Assembly (NCBI GenBank): GCA_964398675.1
Contig: CAYNNT010000001.1
Span: 38,541-102,540, forward strand
Direction of reading: 5' to 3'
Source of the DNA: an uncultured Brevundimonas sp.
Lineage (GTDB): Bacteria > Pseudomonadota > Alphaproteobacteria > Caulobacterales > Caulobacteraceae
Length of the DNA: 64,000 nt
The notes under the pieces were generated by a model that saw nothing but the letters and a program-made list of their open reading frames with translations, ran no database searches and was not told the origin of the DNA. Positions 55,852-64,000 of the stretch are shown one piece after another. The position numbers and the translations under genes are program-made. Position 1 is the stretch's first letter, and each line of letters begins with the position of its first letter.

Positions 55852-56415
55852 CTAGAGGCCCGGGAGTTTGAAGCCCGTGTCGCGGCGCGGCGTGATGGAG
55901 ATGCCGGCGCGGCCGCCGGTCAGGGCCTGAACGCGGGCGTATTCGCTCGCGGCGTCGACGTTGACGGCGCCTTCAGAGGTCTGGAGGGTCGTCGGCGCCT
56001 GGGTCGCGGCGTCGTCGCGGCGCCAGAACATGATGCGGTTGGCCCAGCCTTCTTCCTTGTGCGCCAGGTCGCCGAACTCATCGTCCACGACATAGCGGGC
56101 CAGGGGATCGGCACGGTCGCCGCCGGCCTGGGCCACCAGGGCCTGTTCGCCTTCCGACCGGGTGACGGCCTGACGCTGGCCGAGCAGGATCTGGCGGGCG
56201 GCGGATTCGGGAGCGAGCTCCTGCGGGCGCGGCTGGCCCGGCGCCGGCGGGCGCAGGCCGTATTCCGGCGGAACGGTCAGCGGGGCGGTCGAGACGGTCA
56301 GAAACTCGTCCGGCGTGATCTTGTTCAGACCGACGCCCGTCCGCAGGCCTGAGCAGGCGCCCAGGGCGAACATCGAGGTGGTGAGGGTCAGAACGGCGAC
56401 GGTGCGAAGACGCAT
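55852..56415 (-). CDS. DUF3035 family lipoprotein
   Basis: Lipobox LGAC; PDEF.V...PLTVPPEYGLRPP.PG; downstream of lspA. Confidence 0.88.
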   Translation of the reverse strand: MRLRTVAVLTLTTSMFALGACSGLRTGVGLNKITPDEFLTVSTAPLTVPPEYGLRPPAPGQPRPQELAPESAARQILLGQRQAVTRSEGEQALVAQAGGDRADPLARYVVDDEFGDLAHKEEGWANRIMFWRRDDAATQAPTTLQTSEGAVNVDAASEYARVQALTGGRAGISITPRRDTGFKLPGL

Positions 56416-56479
56416 GTTTGATATCTCGGTGCGGGGCGCCGGAAAGGGCGCGCGCGTAAACCCTACAGGAAGCGGCTGA

Positions 56480-57010
56480 TTACGACTTTTCGGCGGCGAG
56501 GCCAACCTTGGCTTCCTGCTCCGCTCGCACACTGTCGAGGATCAGCAGGATGACGCCGATGCAGATGGCGCTGTCGGCGACGTTGAAAATCCACGGGAAG
56601 TTGATCTTCATCGCGCCGAGGAAGAAGTGCGGGCCCGAGAAGTCCAGAAAATCGACGACATAGCCGAACCGGATCCGGTCGATCACATTGCCGAGCGCCC
56701 CGCCCATGATCAGGCCGATGGCGGTGATCAGCAGGCGGCGGTCGGCCCTCAGCGCCCACCAGCCCAGGATGCCGGCCACGGCGATCGAGAAGGCGCTGAG
56801 CATCCACCGGGCCGAGCCGTCGCCGAACAGGCCGAAGCTGACGCCGCGGTTCTCGACCCAGGTCAGGTTGAAGAGTGGCGACAGGACCGGGATATGGCCC
56901 ATTTCACGCAGATCGAGGCCGCCCAGGATCCAGGCCTTGGTCAGCTGGTCCAGGACGATGACGATAAGGGCGAAGCCGTAGGCGGCGTAGGCGATGCGGG
57001 GGATTTTCAT
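56480..57010 (-). CDS. lspA: lipoprotein signal peptidase II
   Basis: LDQLTK, NRGVSFG, GGALGNVIDR, VVDF, FNVAD. Confidence 0.96.
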   Translation of the reverse strand: MKIPRIAYAAYGFALIVIVLDQLTKAWILGGLDLREMGHIPVLSPLFNLTWVENRGVSFGLFGDGSARWMLSAFSIAVAGILGWWALRADRRLLITAIGLIMGGALGNVIDRIRFGYVVDFLDFSGPHFFLGAMKINFPWIFNVADSAICIGVILLILDSVRAEQEAKVGLAAEKS

Positions 57011-57180
57011 TCGGGTCGCTGAAAAGTGAAGGCCGTTCGGTTAGCAGCCTCCGCGCCGCGCGCGAAGGGGCAATCGTGTCACGGGGACGCGGCCGCGCCT
57101 GCGAACTTGTCCCGACGGCCGCAAGACCCCAATTACAACTTTCCCGACGATCAATCCCCTCCCGCATCCCCGGAGCGCCG

Positions 57181-58416
57181 ATGCCGCATGCCGACAGCCT
57201 GATTCTCACCCTGGTCGGCGGCTTTGTGCTGGCCTTCGTGTTCGGCATGTTGGCCAACCGGCTGAAGCTGTCGCCCCTGGTCGGATATCTGGTCGCCGGG
57301 ATCGCGGTCGGCCCGCACACCATGGGCTTCGTCGCGGATACGGAACTGGCCCCGCAGCTGGCGGAGGTGGGCGTCATCCTGCTGATGTTCGGGGTCGGGC
57401 TGCATTTCTCGCTCGCCGACCTGATGAAGGTGCGCAAGATCGCCGTCCCCGGGGCCCTGTTCCAGATCGCGGCGGCCACCGCCCTGGGCTGGGGACTCGG
57501 CCGGCTGATGGGGATGTCCGATCTTGAGGCGACCCTGATGGGGTTCGCCCTGTCGGTCGCCTCGACCGTGGTGCTCTTGCGGGCGCTGGAGGAACGCAAA
57601 CAGGTCAAGGGCCAGGTCGGCCGGCTGGCCATGGGCTGGCTGATCGTCGAGGATCTGGTGATCGTCCTTGCGCTGGTCATCCTGCCCCTGCTGATCATTC
57701 AGCCCGGTGAAGCGCTGAACGGGGCCGAACTGGCGAAATCCATCGGCTGGACGCTGTTCAAGGTCGCCGGTTTTGTCGGGGTGATGCTGTTGGTCGGCTC
57801 CCGACTGTTGCCCTGGCTGCTGATCCGCATCGCCCACACCCGGTCCCGGGAGCTGTTCACCCTCGGGGTGCTGGCCATCGCCCTCGGCATCGCCTGGATC
57901 GCCTACGCCCTGTTCCACTCGTTCGCCCTCGGGGCCTTCCTTGCGGGACTGGTGCTGAACAGCTCGCCGCTGGGACACAATGCGGCCGAGCGATCGCTGC
58001 CGCTGAGGGACGCCTTTGCGGTGCTGTTCTTCGTCTCGGTCGGCATGCTGTTCGATCCGACCATTCTGGTGCGTGAGCCACTGGCCGTGCTGGGCGTTCT
58101 GGGCATCGTCATCGTCGGCAAGTCGATCGCCGCCCTGGCGATCACGACCGCCTTCAAACTGGACAAGGCGACCAGCCTGACGGTCGCCGCCGCCCTGGCC
58201 CAGATCGGCGAGTTCTCGTTCATCCTTGCGGCCGTCAGCGTCCAGCTGGGCGGCATGCGGCAGGAGACGCACGACCTGATCCTGGCGGCGGCCCTGCTGT
58301 CGATCTCGCTGAACCCGTTCGTCTTCGCCCTGATCGACCGGATGGGCGCGCGGCCGCAGCCGCCGGCCGCCGGGACCATGGAAAAGGCCGCCGCCGTGAA
58401 CCCGGCGACGGCCTGA
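57181..58416 (+). CDS. CPA2 family cation:proton antiporter (YbaL/RosB-like), membrane domain only
   Basis: AEVGVILLMFGVGLHFS, STVV, WLIVED, LAQIGEFSFI. Confidence 0.9.
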   Translation: MPHADSLILTLVGGFVLAFVFGMLANRLKLSPLVGYLVAGIAVGPHTMGFVADTELAPQLAEVGVILLMFGVGLHFSLADLMKVRKIAVPGALFQIAAATALGWGLGRLMGMSDLEATLMGFALSVASTVVLLRALEERKQVKGQVGRLAMGWLIVEDLVIVLALVILPLLIIQPGEALNGAELAKSIGWTLFKVAGFVGVMLLVGSRLLPWLLIRIAHTRSRELFTLGVLAIALGIAWIAYALFHSFALGAFLAGLVLNSSPLGHNAAERSLPLRDAFAVLFFVSVGMLFDPTILVREPLAVLGVLGIVIVGKSIAALAITTAFKLDKATSLTVAAALAQIGEFSFILAAVSVQLGGMRQETHDLILAAALLSISLNPFVFALIDRMGARPQPPAAGTMEKAAAVNPATA

Positions 58417-58437
58417 TCTGTCAGACGACGAAAGGCG

Positions 58438-59217
58438 TCAGAGGACGCCGATCATCGAGGCCACCAGCGGATGCCGGACGATGTCCTGCTCGGCGAGGCG
58501 CACCACGGCGATGTCGGGCACAGGCTCCAGTCGCTGGGCGACGTCCATCAGGCCCGAGATGCCGGGCAGCAGGTCGGACTGCTGCGGGTCGCCGGTGACG
58601 ACCATGGTGGAGTGCCAGCCCAGCCGGGTCAGCAGCATCTTGAGCTGCACATAGGTGCAGTTCTGGGCCTCATCGACGACGATGAAGGCGTTGTTCAGGG
58701 TGCGGCCGCGCATGTAGCCGATCGGGGCGATCTCGATCAGCCCCTCGGCCATCAACGCCTTGACCCGTTTCATGCTGAGCCGGTCGGACAGGGCGTCGTA
58801 GAGCGGTCGGAGGTAGGGGGCGAGCTTGTCCTCCATGTCGCCGGGCAGGAAGCCGATCGATTCGCCGGCCTCGACAGCCGGGCGCGACAGGACGATGCGT
58901 CCGACCTTGCCGGCCTCCAGGGCCTCGACCGCCTTGGCCACGGCCAGATAGGTCTTGCCGGTGCCTGCCGGCCCGAGCGCCAGCACGAGGTTGTGGTGGT
59001 CGATGGCCGTCATCAGTTCGGCCTGGCCGTCCGACTTCGGCTTCAGCGTCTTCAGATAGGCCTGGTCGCGGTCGTCGTTGGATGGATAGGGCGACCAGCC
59101 GGCGTGGGTCGGGAGCCGGCGTACCTTGGAGTCCTCCATGAACTGACGGGAATCGAGCACCCCATGTTCACGGGATGTCTCGCGGGTCTGACGCTTGATG
59201 GCCGCACGCTTCGTCAT
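58438..59217 (-). CDS. phoH: PhoH family ATPase (short form)
   Basis: GPAGTGKT, GFLPG, YMRGRTL, DEAQN, VRHPLV; GGAGG SD. Confidence 0.92.
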   Translation of the reverse strand: MTKRAAIKRQTRETSREHGVLDSRQFMEDSKVRRLPTHAGWSPYPSNDDRDQAYLKTLKPKSDGQAELMTAIDHHNLVLALGPAGTGKTYLAVAKAVEALEAGKVGRIVLSRPAVEAGESIGFLPGDMEDKLAPYLRPLYDALSDRLSMKRVKALMAEGLIEIAPIGYMRGRTLNNAFIVVDEAQNCTYVQLKMLLTRLGWHSTMVVTGDPQQSDLLPGISGLMDVAQRLEPVPDIAVVRLAEQDIVRHPLVASMIGVL

Positions 59218-59235
59218 GGACGCCTCCAGGGCATG

Positions 59236-59265
59236 AAAAAAGGCGATGCCGGAAAAGCATCGCCT
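59236..59265 (-). terminator. intrinsic terminator directly upstream of the phoH ribosome-binding site
   Basis: AGGCGATGC-ttttccg-GCATCGCCT-TTTTT, ending 18 nt before the ATG. Confidence 0.75.
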
Positions 59266-59450
59266 CGAACGAACACATTGAAGAGGAAGGCAGGGGACGC
59301 GACGCATCCGCCCGGGTCGGAAGAAGGGTCAACTTCCAGCGGAAACATCCGCCGAACCGAGCGCACCACGCACAATCCCCGAGGTCTGACCGGACCGGGC
59401 TTGATCCGGCTTCCAATCCGGGGCCGAAATGGCGGCCTCGAATCGCATCT
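59236..59450 (-). ncRNA. candidate sRNA or regulatory leader upstream of phoH
   Basis: About 200-nt non-coding stretch between a CtrA-like site (59471-59485) and a terminator; 5' end estimated. Confidence 0.35.
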
Positions 59451-59519
59451 ACACGATGAGCCTAACGTGGTTTACGAGAGCTTAAAGCCCTCGATTTATT
59501 GAGAAATGGCGGTGTTCGG

Positions 59520-60044
59520 ATGAATGTTTACGGTCTTGGCGACAAGAAACCGCAGCTTCCGCCTGAGGGCGAATACTGGCTGGCGCCGAACGCAACGCTC
59601 GTAGGAGACGTGATTCTCAAACCGGGCGCCAGCGTCTGGTTCGGGGCGGTGGTGCGGGGCGACAACGATCCCATCACCATCGGGCGGGACACCAATATCC
59701 AGGACGGCAGTGTGCTGCATTCAGACCCCGGCGAGCCGCTGACCATCGGCGACGGCGTCACCGTCGGCCATATGGTCATGCTTCACAGCTGCGAGATCGG
59801 GGACAACACCCTGATCGGCATCGGCGCCGTGGTGCTGGGTCGCGCGAAGATCGGGAAGAACTGCCTGATCGGGGCCAATACCCTGATCACCGAGGGCAAG
59901 GTGATCCCGGACGGTTCGCTGGTCATGGGCCAGCCGGGCAAGGTGGTTCGGGACCTGGAGCCGGGCCAGATCGAGGCGCTCAAGGCCTCGGCCGCCCACT
60001 ATGTGCAGAACTGGAAGCGCTATCAGCGGGACCTGAAGGCCTGA
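59520..60044 (+). CDS. gamma-carbonic anhydrase family protein
   Basis: [23 protein letters not shown] hexapeptide repeats. Confidence 0.93.
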   Translation: MNVYGLGDKKPQLPPEGEYWLAPNATLVGDVILKPGASVWFGAVVRGDNDPITIGRDTNIQDGSVLHSDPGEPLTIGDGVTVGHMVMLHSCEIGDNTLIGIGAVVLGRAKIGKNCLIGANTLITEGKVIPDGSLVMGQPGKVVRDLEPGQIEALKASAAHYVQNWKRYQRDLKA

Positions 60045-60047
60045 GCG

Positions 60048-60587
60048 TCAGGCGATCCGGCGGCCGCCGACTGCGGCGAGGGACAGGGCCGGGCGGGCGG
60101 CTTCGCCGACGCCGATCGAGACGCGGGCGGTGAGCAGGCGGGGCTCGTCAGCGGCGAAACTCAGGGTGGCCGCCGGCGCATAGAGACCCAGGATCCGGTC
60201 CACGCCGCCCGAAGGGCCGCGCAGGGGGACGATGACGATCTCGATCTGGGCCGAGAGGAAGCCCGCGAGGGCGGCGATCACGACGGGCCGGGCCTCGCGC
60301 ACGGTCTGGGTCATGGCCGCGGCCACCAGCGGCCGCGAGGCGGTGCGCCAGACAGACAGCAGGGGGCGGTCTTTCAACGGCTCGCCGTGGAAGCCTTCGA
60401 TCCAGGTGCCGGCCAGGCGGATGACGGCGTCGTCCCCGTTGCGTTCGGCGATGAAGGCGCGCGGCAGGCGCAGACCAAGGGCGTCAGGCTCGAACGCGGC
60501 GCGGTCGGGAATCCCGGCGCGCACGGCTCCCCGGCGGGACAGACCCGTCCAGTGGTCGATCAGGAACTGCGTGTCAGGATGAAACAT
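60048..60587 (-). CDS. stand-alone PAS domain protein (PAS_5/DUF1457-like)
   Basis: H..TQ.LIDHW...PDRAAFEP...RLAGTWI...E...PL. Confidence 0.75.
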   Translation of the reverse strand: MFHPDTQFLIDHWTGLSRRGAVRAGIPDRAAFEPDALGLRLPRAFIAERNGDDAVIRLAGTWIEGFHGEPLKDRPLLSVWRTASRPLVAAAMTQTVREARPVVIAALAGFLSAQIEIVIVPLRGPSGGVDRILGLYAPAATLSFAADEPRLLTARVSIGVGEAARPALSLAAVGGRRIA

Positions 60588-60611
60588 CGCTCTCGCCTCT
60601 GGCCATGGCGA

Positions 60612-60627
60612 CGCAAGGCTCGCGCCT
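60612..60627 (-). promoter_or_regulatory. putative sigma54 promoter of the PAS gene
   Basis: AGGCGCGAGCCTTGCG (GG-N10-GC) about 25 bp before the ATG. Confidence 0.5.
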
Positions 60628-60739
60628 GTGAGGCGGTCGGGCGAAAGGCAACGGAAATGAAAGGCTTTTGGGGTTCTGATGGACGCTGAAGCGAGCTGCG
60701 CCCGACGCGGCTCGCATGAACTTGACGGGAGGTCGGCCC

Positions 60740-61624
60740 ATGCGGGTGCGGATCATGACATGGCTGCCGGCGCTGGTGGGCTTCATCGCCCTCACGGCGT
60801 TCGCGGACAAGGCGGCGGCCCAGTGCGGGTCCGGCTGCCCGCCGCCGCCCCCGCCGTGCTGCGAGCCGCCCCCGCCGCCGCCGCCGCCCCCTCCGCCGCC
60901 GCCTCCGTGCTGCGAGAATCCGCCTCCGCCCCCCTGCTGCGGCGGCGGCGGCAATCTGAACGTCAACGTCAATGTGAACGCCAATGCGAACGCCAACGCC
61001 AACGCCGGCGCGCGGGCGGGCCTGAACGCCCGGGCGGGCGGCAGCGTCTACGTCGGCGGCGGCGGATCGGCCTATGTGACGGTCGACCAGCCGTATCCGA
61101 CCACGATCAACGGCCTGATGGTCGAGGGCGCGCGCGTCCGTCAGGTCATCCGCGTGCCCTATGAGGCGCGCCGGCGGTGGGAGAAGCGGGTCGTGATCCG
61201 CGCCTTCTGCATCGACGACCGCAATGTGCCGCATCCGGCGTCGCAGGTGCGTCCCGACCGGGACGTGGACGGCGACTATGAGGGCGAACTGTACCGCTGC
61301 CTGGCCGGGACCTGGCTGCAGATCACCTGGGCCGAGTATACGGGCGACACGGACTTCGGCCACGGCGAGACCATGGACTGTCGCAAGGGCGAGGCCCTCT
61401 GGCATGGCCGCGGCGGCCGGATCGAGTGCAAGGCCCAGCGGGCCGAACGCGAGTGCAACGAGCGCTCGCTGCTGCGCCGCTACGGCGCGGGCGTGAAGAT
61501 CCTGACCTGGGTCCGCGAGGAGACCTACACCGAATACCGCGAGGAAGTGGTCGAACAGGCCGGCTACGCCGTGCAGGGCGCGACCATCACCCTGGACGGC
61601 GGCGTCGGCGGGCGGGTTTTCTGA
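60740..61624 (+). CDS. secreted Pro/Cys/Asn-rich hypothetical protein
   Basis: GGAGG SD; signal peptide; poly-Pro tracts separated by CC; NVNVNVNANANANANA; Cys-containing C-terminal domain. Confidence 0.75.
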   Translation: MRVRIMTWLPALVGFIALTAFADKAAAQCGSGCPPPPPPCCEPPPPPPPPPPPPPPCCENPPPPPCCGGGGNLNVNVNVNANANANANAGARAGLNARAGGSVYVGGGGSAYVTVDQPYPTTINGLMVEGARVRQVIRVPYEARRRWEKRVVIRAFCIDDRNVPHPASQVRPDRDVDGDYEGELYRCLAGTWLQITWAEYTGDTDFGHGETMDCRKGEALWHGRGGRIECKAQRAERECNERSLLRRYGAGVKILTWVREETYTEYREEVVEQAGYAVQGATITLDGGVGGRVF

Positions 61625-61715
61625 CGCGGGAGTGAACACCGGCGTTCAGCCGCGCGTCAGTCGCGGCGGCCCAGAGTGTGAGCGTCGGCTCCGTCGACGA
61701 TCCTGAGAAGCAAAC

Positions 61716-61751
61716 TGGCCCCGGTCCCGAAAGGAACCGGGGCCACTTTTT
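61716..61751 (+). terminator. intrinsic terminator between convergent genes
   Basis: TGGCCCCGGT.CC-gaaa-GG.ACCGGGGCCA followed by TTTTT. Confidence 0.8.
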
Positions 61752-61768
61752 CGCTTGCCGGTCGTCGC

Positions 61769-64000
61769 CTACTGCACCGCCGGGGCGTTGGACGAGACCA
61801 CCACGGCCCGCCAGGCGGTGTCGGACTTCAGATACTGACGCGCCAGGGTCTGGATATCGGCCGGGGTGATGGCCTCCAGATCCGAGATGTGGGTCAGGAT
61901 CTGCTCGATGTCGCCCGGCTGGTCGACCACTTCGCCGAGCTGGCCCAGCCAGTATTCGTTGCTGGCCTGGCTGCGGCGCAGCGATTCGATGACCGGGAGA
62001 CGGGCGCGGTTCAGCTCGTCCTCGGTGGGGGGCGTGTCGCGCAGCGACGCCGTGATCGCCTCGACCGCCGCATAGAAGGCGTCCAGCTTGTCAGCCGCCG
62101 TCTCGGCCGTGATCGAGATCGAGCCGTAGTCCTCATAGATGTCCGAGGCGCTGGCGCGGACCGAGGGCGAATAGGCCAGGGCCTGACGTTCACGGATTTC
62201 CTCGAGCACGCGCAGCTTGAGCACCTCGGACAGGATCGAGGCGCGGCGGGCGTCCGTGCGATCGCCGACGGCGTCGGTGGTCGGCCAGGCGATATAGGCC
62301 AGGGCCTGTTCGGCCGGACCCGTGTGGGTCAGGCGAACGGGCTCGGCCGTCGGGGCCGGGAAGCGCAGAACCGTGGCGCCGGGCGCGGGCTGGGCGTCCG
62401 GACCGCGGGCGGGCAGGGCGCCGAAGGTCGGGGCCACGGCCGCGATGGCGTCCTCGACGGTCAGGTCGCCGACCACGATCACGTCAATCGGGCCGCTGGC
62501 CATGCCGTTGGTGACGCCTTCGCGCAGCTGGTCGATAGTCCAGCTGTTGATTTCCTCGGCCGTCGGGAGGGATTCGCGCTTGTCGCCGCTGGCCAGCAGG
62601 CCGGAGCCCTGGATCTGGAAGGCGCCGCCGGGGGTGGCCATCAGCTGGGCGATCTGCTGCGGGAAGATCGACTTGATCAGCTGCATCGGCGCGGGGCGCA
62701 GGCCGGGATCGGTGAGGTAGGCGGCCAGAACCTGCATCTGCAGCGCCAGATCCTCGGGACGGGTTCCGCCCTGAAGCTGGTAGCTGTCGCCGCCGACCTG
62801 GAAGCCGGCCGAATAGATGCGGCCGTTCAGGGTGCGGCTGAGCTCGTCAAAGGTCAGGCGACCCAGACCTCCGGGCGGCACGATGGCGGCGGCCAGCAGT
62901 TGCGGGTCAGCGCGGTCGGGGCTCATGCCCTGCTCGCCGATGCCGGTGCGGACGCTGACCAGAATCTGCTCGTCGCGGAAGGTGGTCGGCTTGACCGTCA
63001 GGCGGACGCCGTTGGCGAAGGTGACGACCGTGGCGCCGACCTCGGTGATCTCGCGGCGATCCTGCACCGTGCCGGGCGCGCCGAAGCTGGCGTAGGGCCA
63101 GTCCACCTGGGTCTGGGCGGCGGGGGCGGCGACCGGGACCAGACGCGAGGCCTCGAGAGCGGCGGTGACGGCGGCTTCACCGCCCTCGATCTCCACCGGG
63201 CTGATGACCAGGGCCAGCGGACCTTCGCCGGTGAACACCGGCTTCAGGGCTTCGCTGATCTGGGCGGCGGTCACGCCCTGAACGGCGGCGTTGAAAAGGT
63301 CGAGGTTGGTCTGGGGCGAGGAGAAGACATCGCCTGCGTTGGCCGCATTGCTCAGGGCACCCGCCAGTTGCGGGGTGCGACGGGTGGCGGCGCCGGCGAC
63401 AGCGTTCTCGAGGCTGGCGCGGATGTCGGTGATCTCACGCTGCAGCTCGGCTTCCGAGACGCCGTACTGGGTGAGGCGGCGCTGCTCCTGTTCGATCGCC
63501 TCGAGGGCGCGTTTCCATTCGCCGGGCGCGAACTGGGCCGAGACGGAGGCGATGTCGAGGCTGTCGACCAGACCGGACTCGCCGCCGCCGGCGCTGGCGA
63601 ATGGCGGATTGTCGGCGCGGGCGATCTCGCCCAGACGACGGTTCAGGACCGAGACGCCAAGACCGCGGAGCAGCTCCTCGCGGCGCTCGGAAACGGTGTC
63701 GGGATCGAGGTCGGGATTGCGGATCCAGTTCAGCTGGATCGAGGACTGGACGCCGGGCTCGACGAGGATGCGGGTTTCCGGCTGGCGCGGCGCGACCGTG
63801 CCCAGATCGGGCTCGGGACCGTCAGCGGCGCGGGGCTCCCAGCTTTCAAAGGCGCCGCGGATCTTGGCTTCCATCACATCGACATCGAAGTCGCCGACGG
63901 CGACGAAGGTCGCGCGGGAAGGGCGGTAATAGGCGTCGTAGAATTCGACGAACCTTTCGCGCGGGGCGTTGCGGATGATGTTCAGATCGCCGATCGGCAG
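61769..64000 (-). CDS. M16 family zinc protease (PqqL-like), 3' part; start lies beyond the window
   Basis: Frame open to the edge: LPIG...FYDAYYRP..ATFVAVGDFD; FANGVRL.VKPT; IRERQALAYSP. Confidence 0.9.
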   Translation of the reverse strand: MPIGDLNIIRNAPRERFVEFYDAYYRPSRATFVAVGDFDVDVMEAKIRGAFESWEPRAADGPEPDLGTVAPRQPETRILVEPGVQSSIQLNWIRNPDLDPDTVSERREELLRGLGVSVLNRRLGEIARADNPPFASAGGGESGLVDSLDIASVSAQFAPGEWKRALEAIEQEQRRLTQYGVSEAELQREITDIRASLENAVAGAATRRTPQLAGALSNAANAGDVFSSPQTNLDLFNAAVQGVTAAQISEALKPVFTGEGPLALVISPVEIEGGEAAVTAALEASRLVPVAAPAAQTQVDWPYASFGAPGTVQDRREITEVGATVVTFANGVRLTVKPTTFRDEQILVSVRTGIGEQGMSPDRADPQLLAAAIVPPGGLGRLTFDELSRTLNGRIYSAGFQVGGDSYQLQGGTRPEDLALQMQVLAAYLTDPGLRPAPMQLIKSIFPQQIAQLMATPGGAFQIQGSGLLASGDKRESLPTAEEINSWTIDQLREGVTNGMASGPIDVIVVGDLTVEDAIAAVAPTFGALPARGPDAQPAPGATVLRFPAPTAEPVRLTHTGPAEQALAYIAWPTTDAVGDRTDARRASILSEVLKLRVLEEIRERQALAYSPSVRASASDIYEDYGSISITAETAADKLDAFYAAVEAITASLRDTPPTEDELNRARLPVIESLRRSQASNEYWLGQLGEVVDQPGDIEQILTHISDLEAITPADIQTLARQYLKSDTAWRAVVVSSNAPAVQ

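Overview
High-GC alphaproteobacterial chromosome segment. Gene content, gene order and regulatory motifs (CtrA-like boxes, sigma54/ftr sites, GAAC-N7-GAAC SOS box) suggest Caulobacteraceae, probably Brevundimonas-like; this is an inference. Most of the window is core genome: purC-purS-purQ-purL interleaved with accessory genes, purB, ETF-QO, ispE, glyQS, xth, cca, ssb, lspA, phoH and a partial M16 peptidase. No rRNA, tRNA, CRISPR array, integrase or transposase was recognised. The main points of interest are: (1) three tandem ultra-short flagellins (229-230 aa), about 44 residues shorter in D1 than the normal 274-aa flagellin in the same locus, with mosaic sequences, a shared structured leader, a flaG-like gene and a FlaEY-like beta-propeller protein where fliD would normally lie; (2) a stand-alone operon of DUF2793 Gly-rich fibre, 51-aa acidic ORF, holin-like protein, M15 endolysin and Rz/Rz1-like spanins with no other phage genes, a candidate GTA accessory/lysis module; (3) four palindromic REP/MITE-like elements, one nested, plus an orphan stable-RNA-type promoter with a boxA-like motif pointing into it; (4) a terminator-ended ~200-nt leader or sRNA upstream of phoH; (5) a BlaI-family repressor with TACA-N2-TGTA operators and no adjacent BlaR1 sensor. 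All family calls come from motif recognition by eye; no searches were run.
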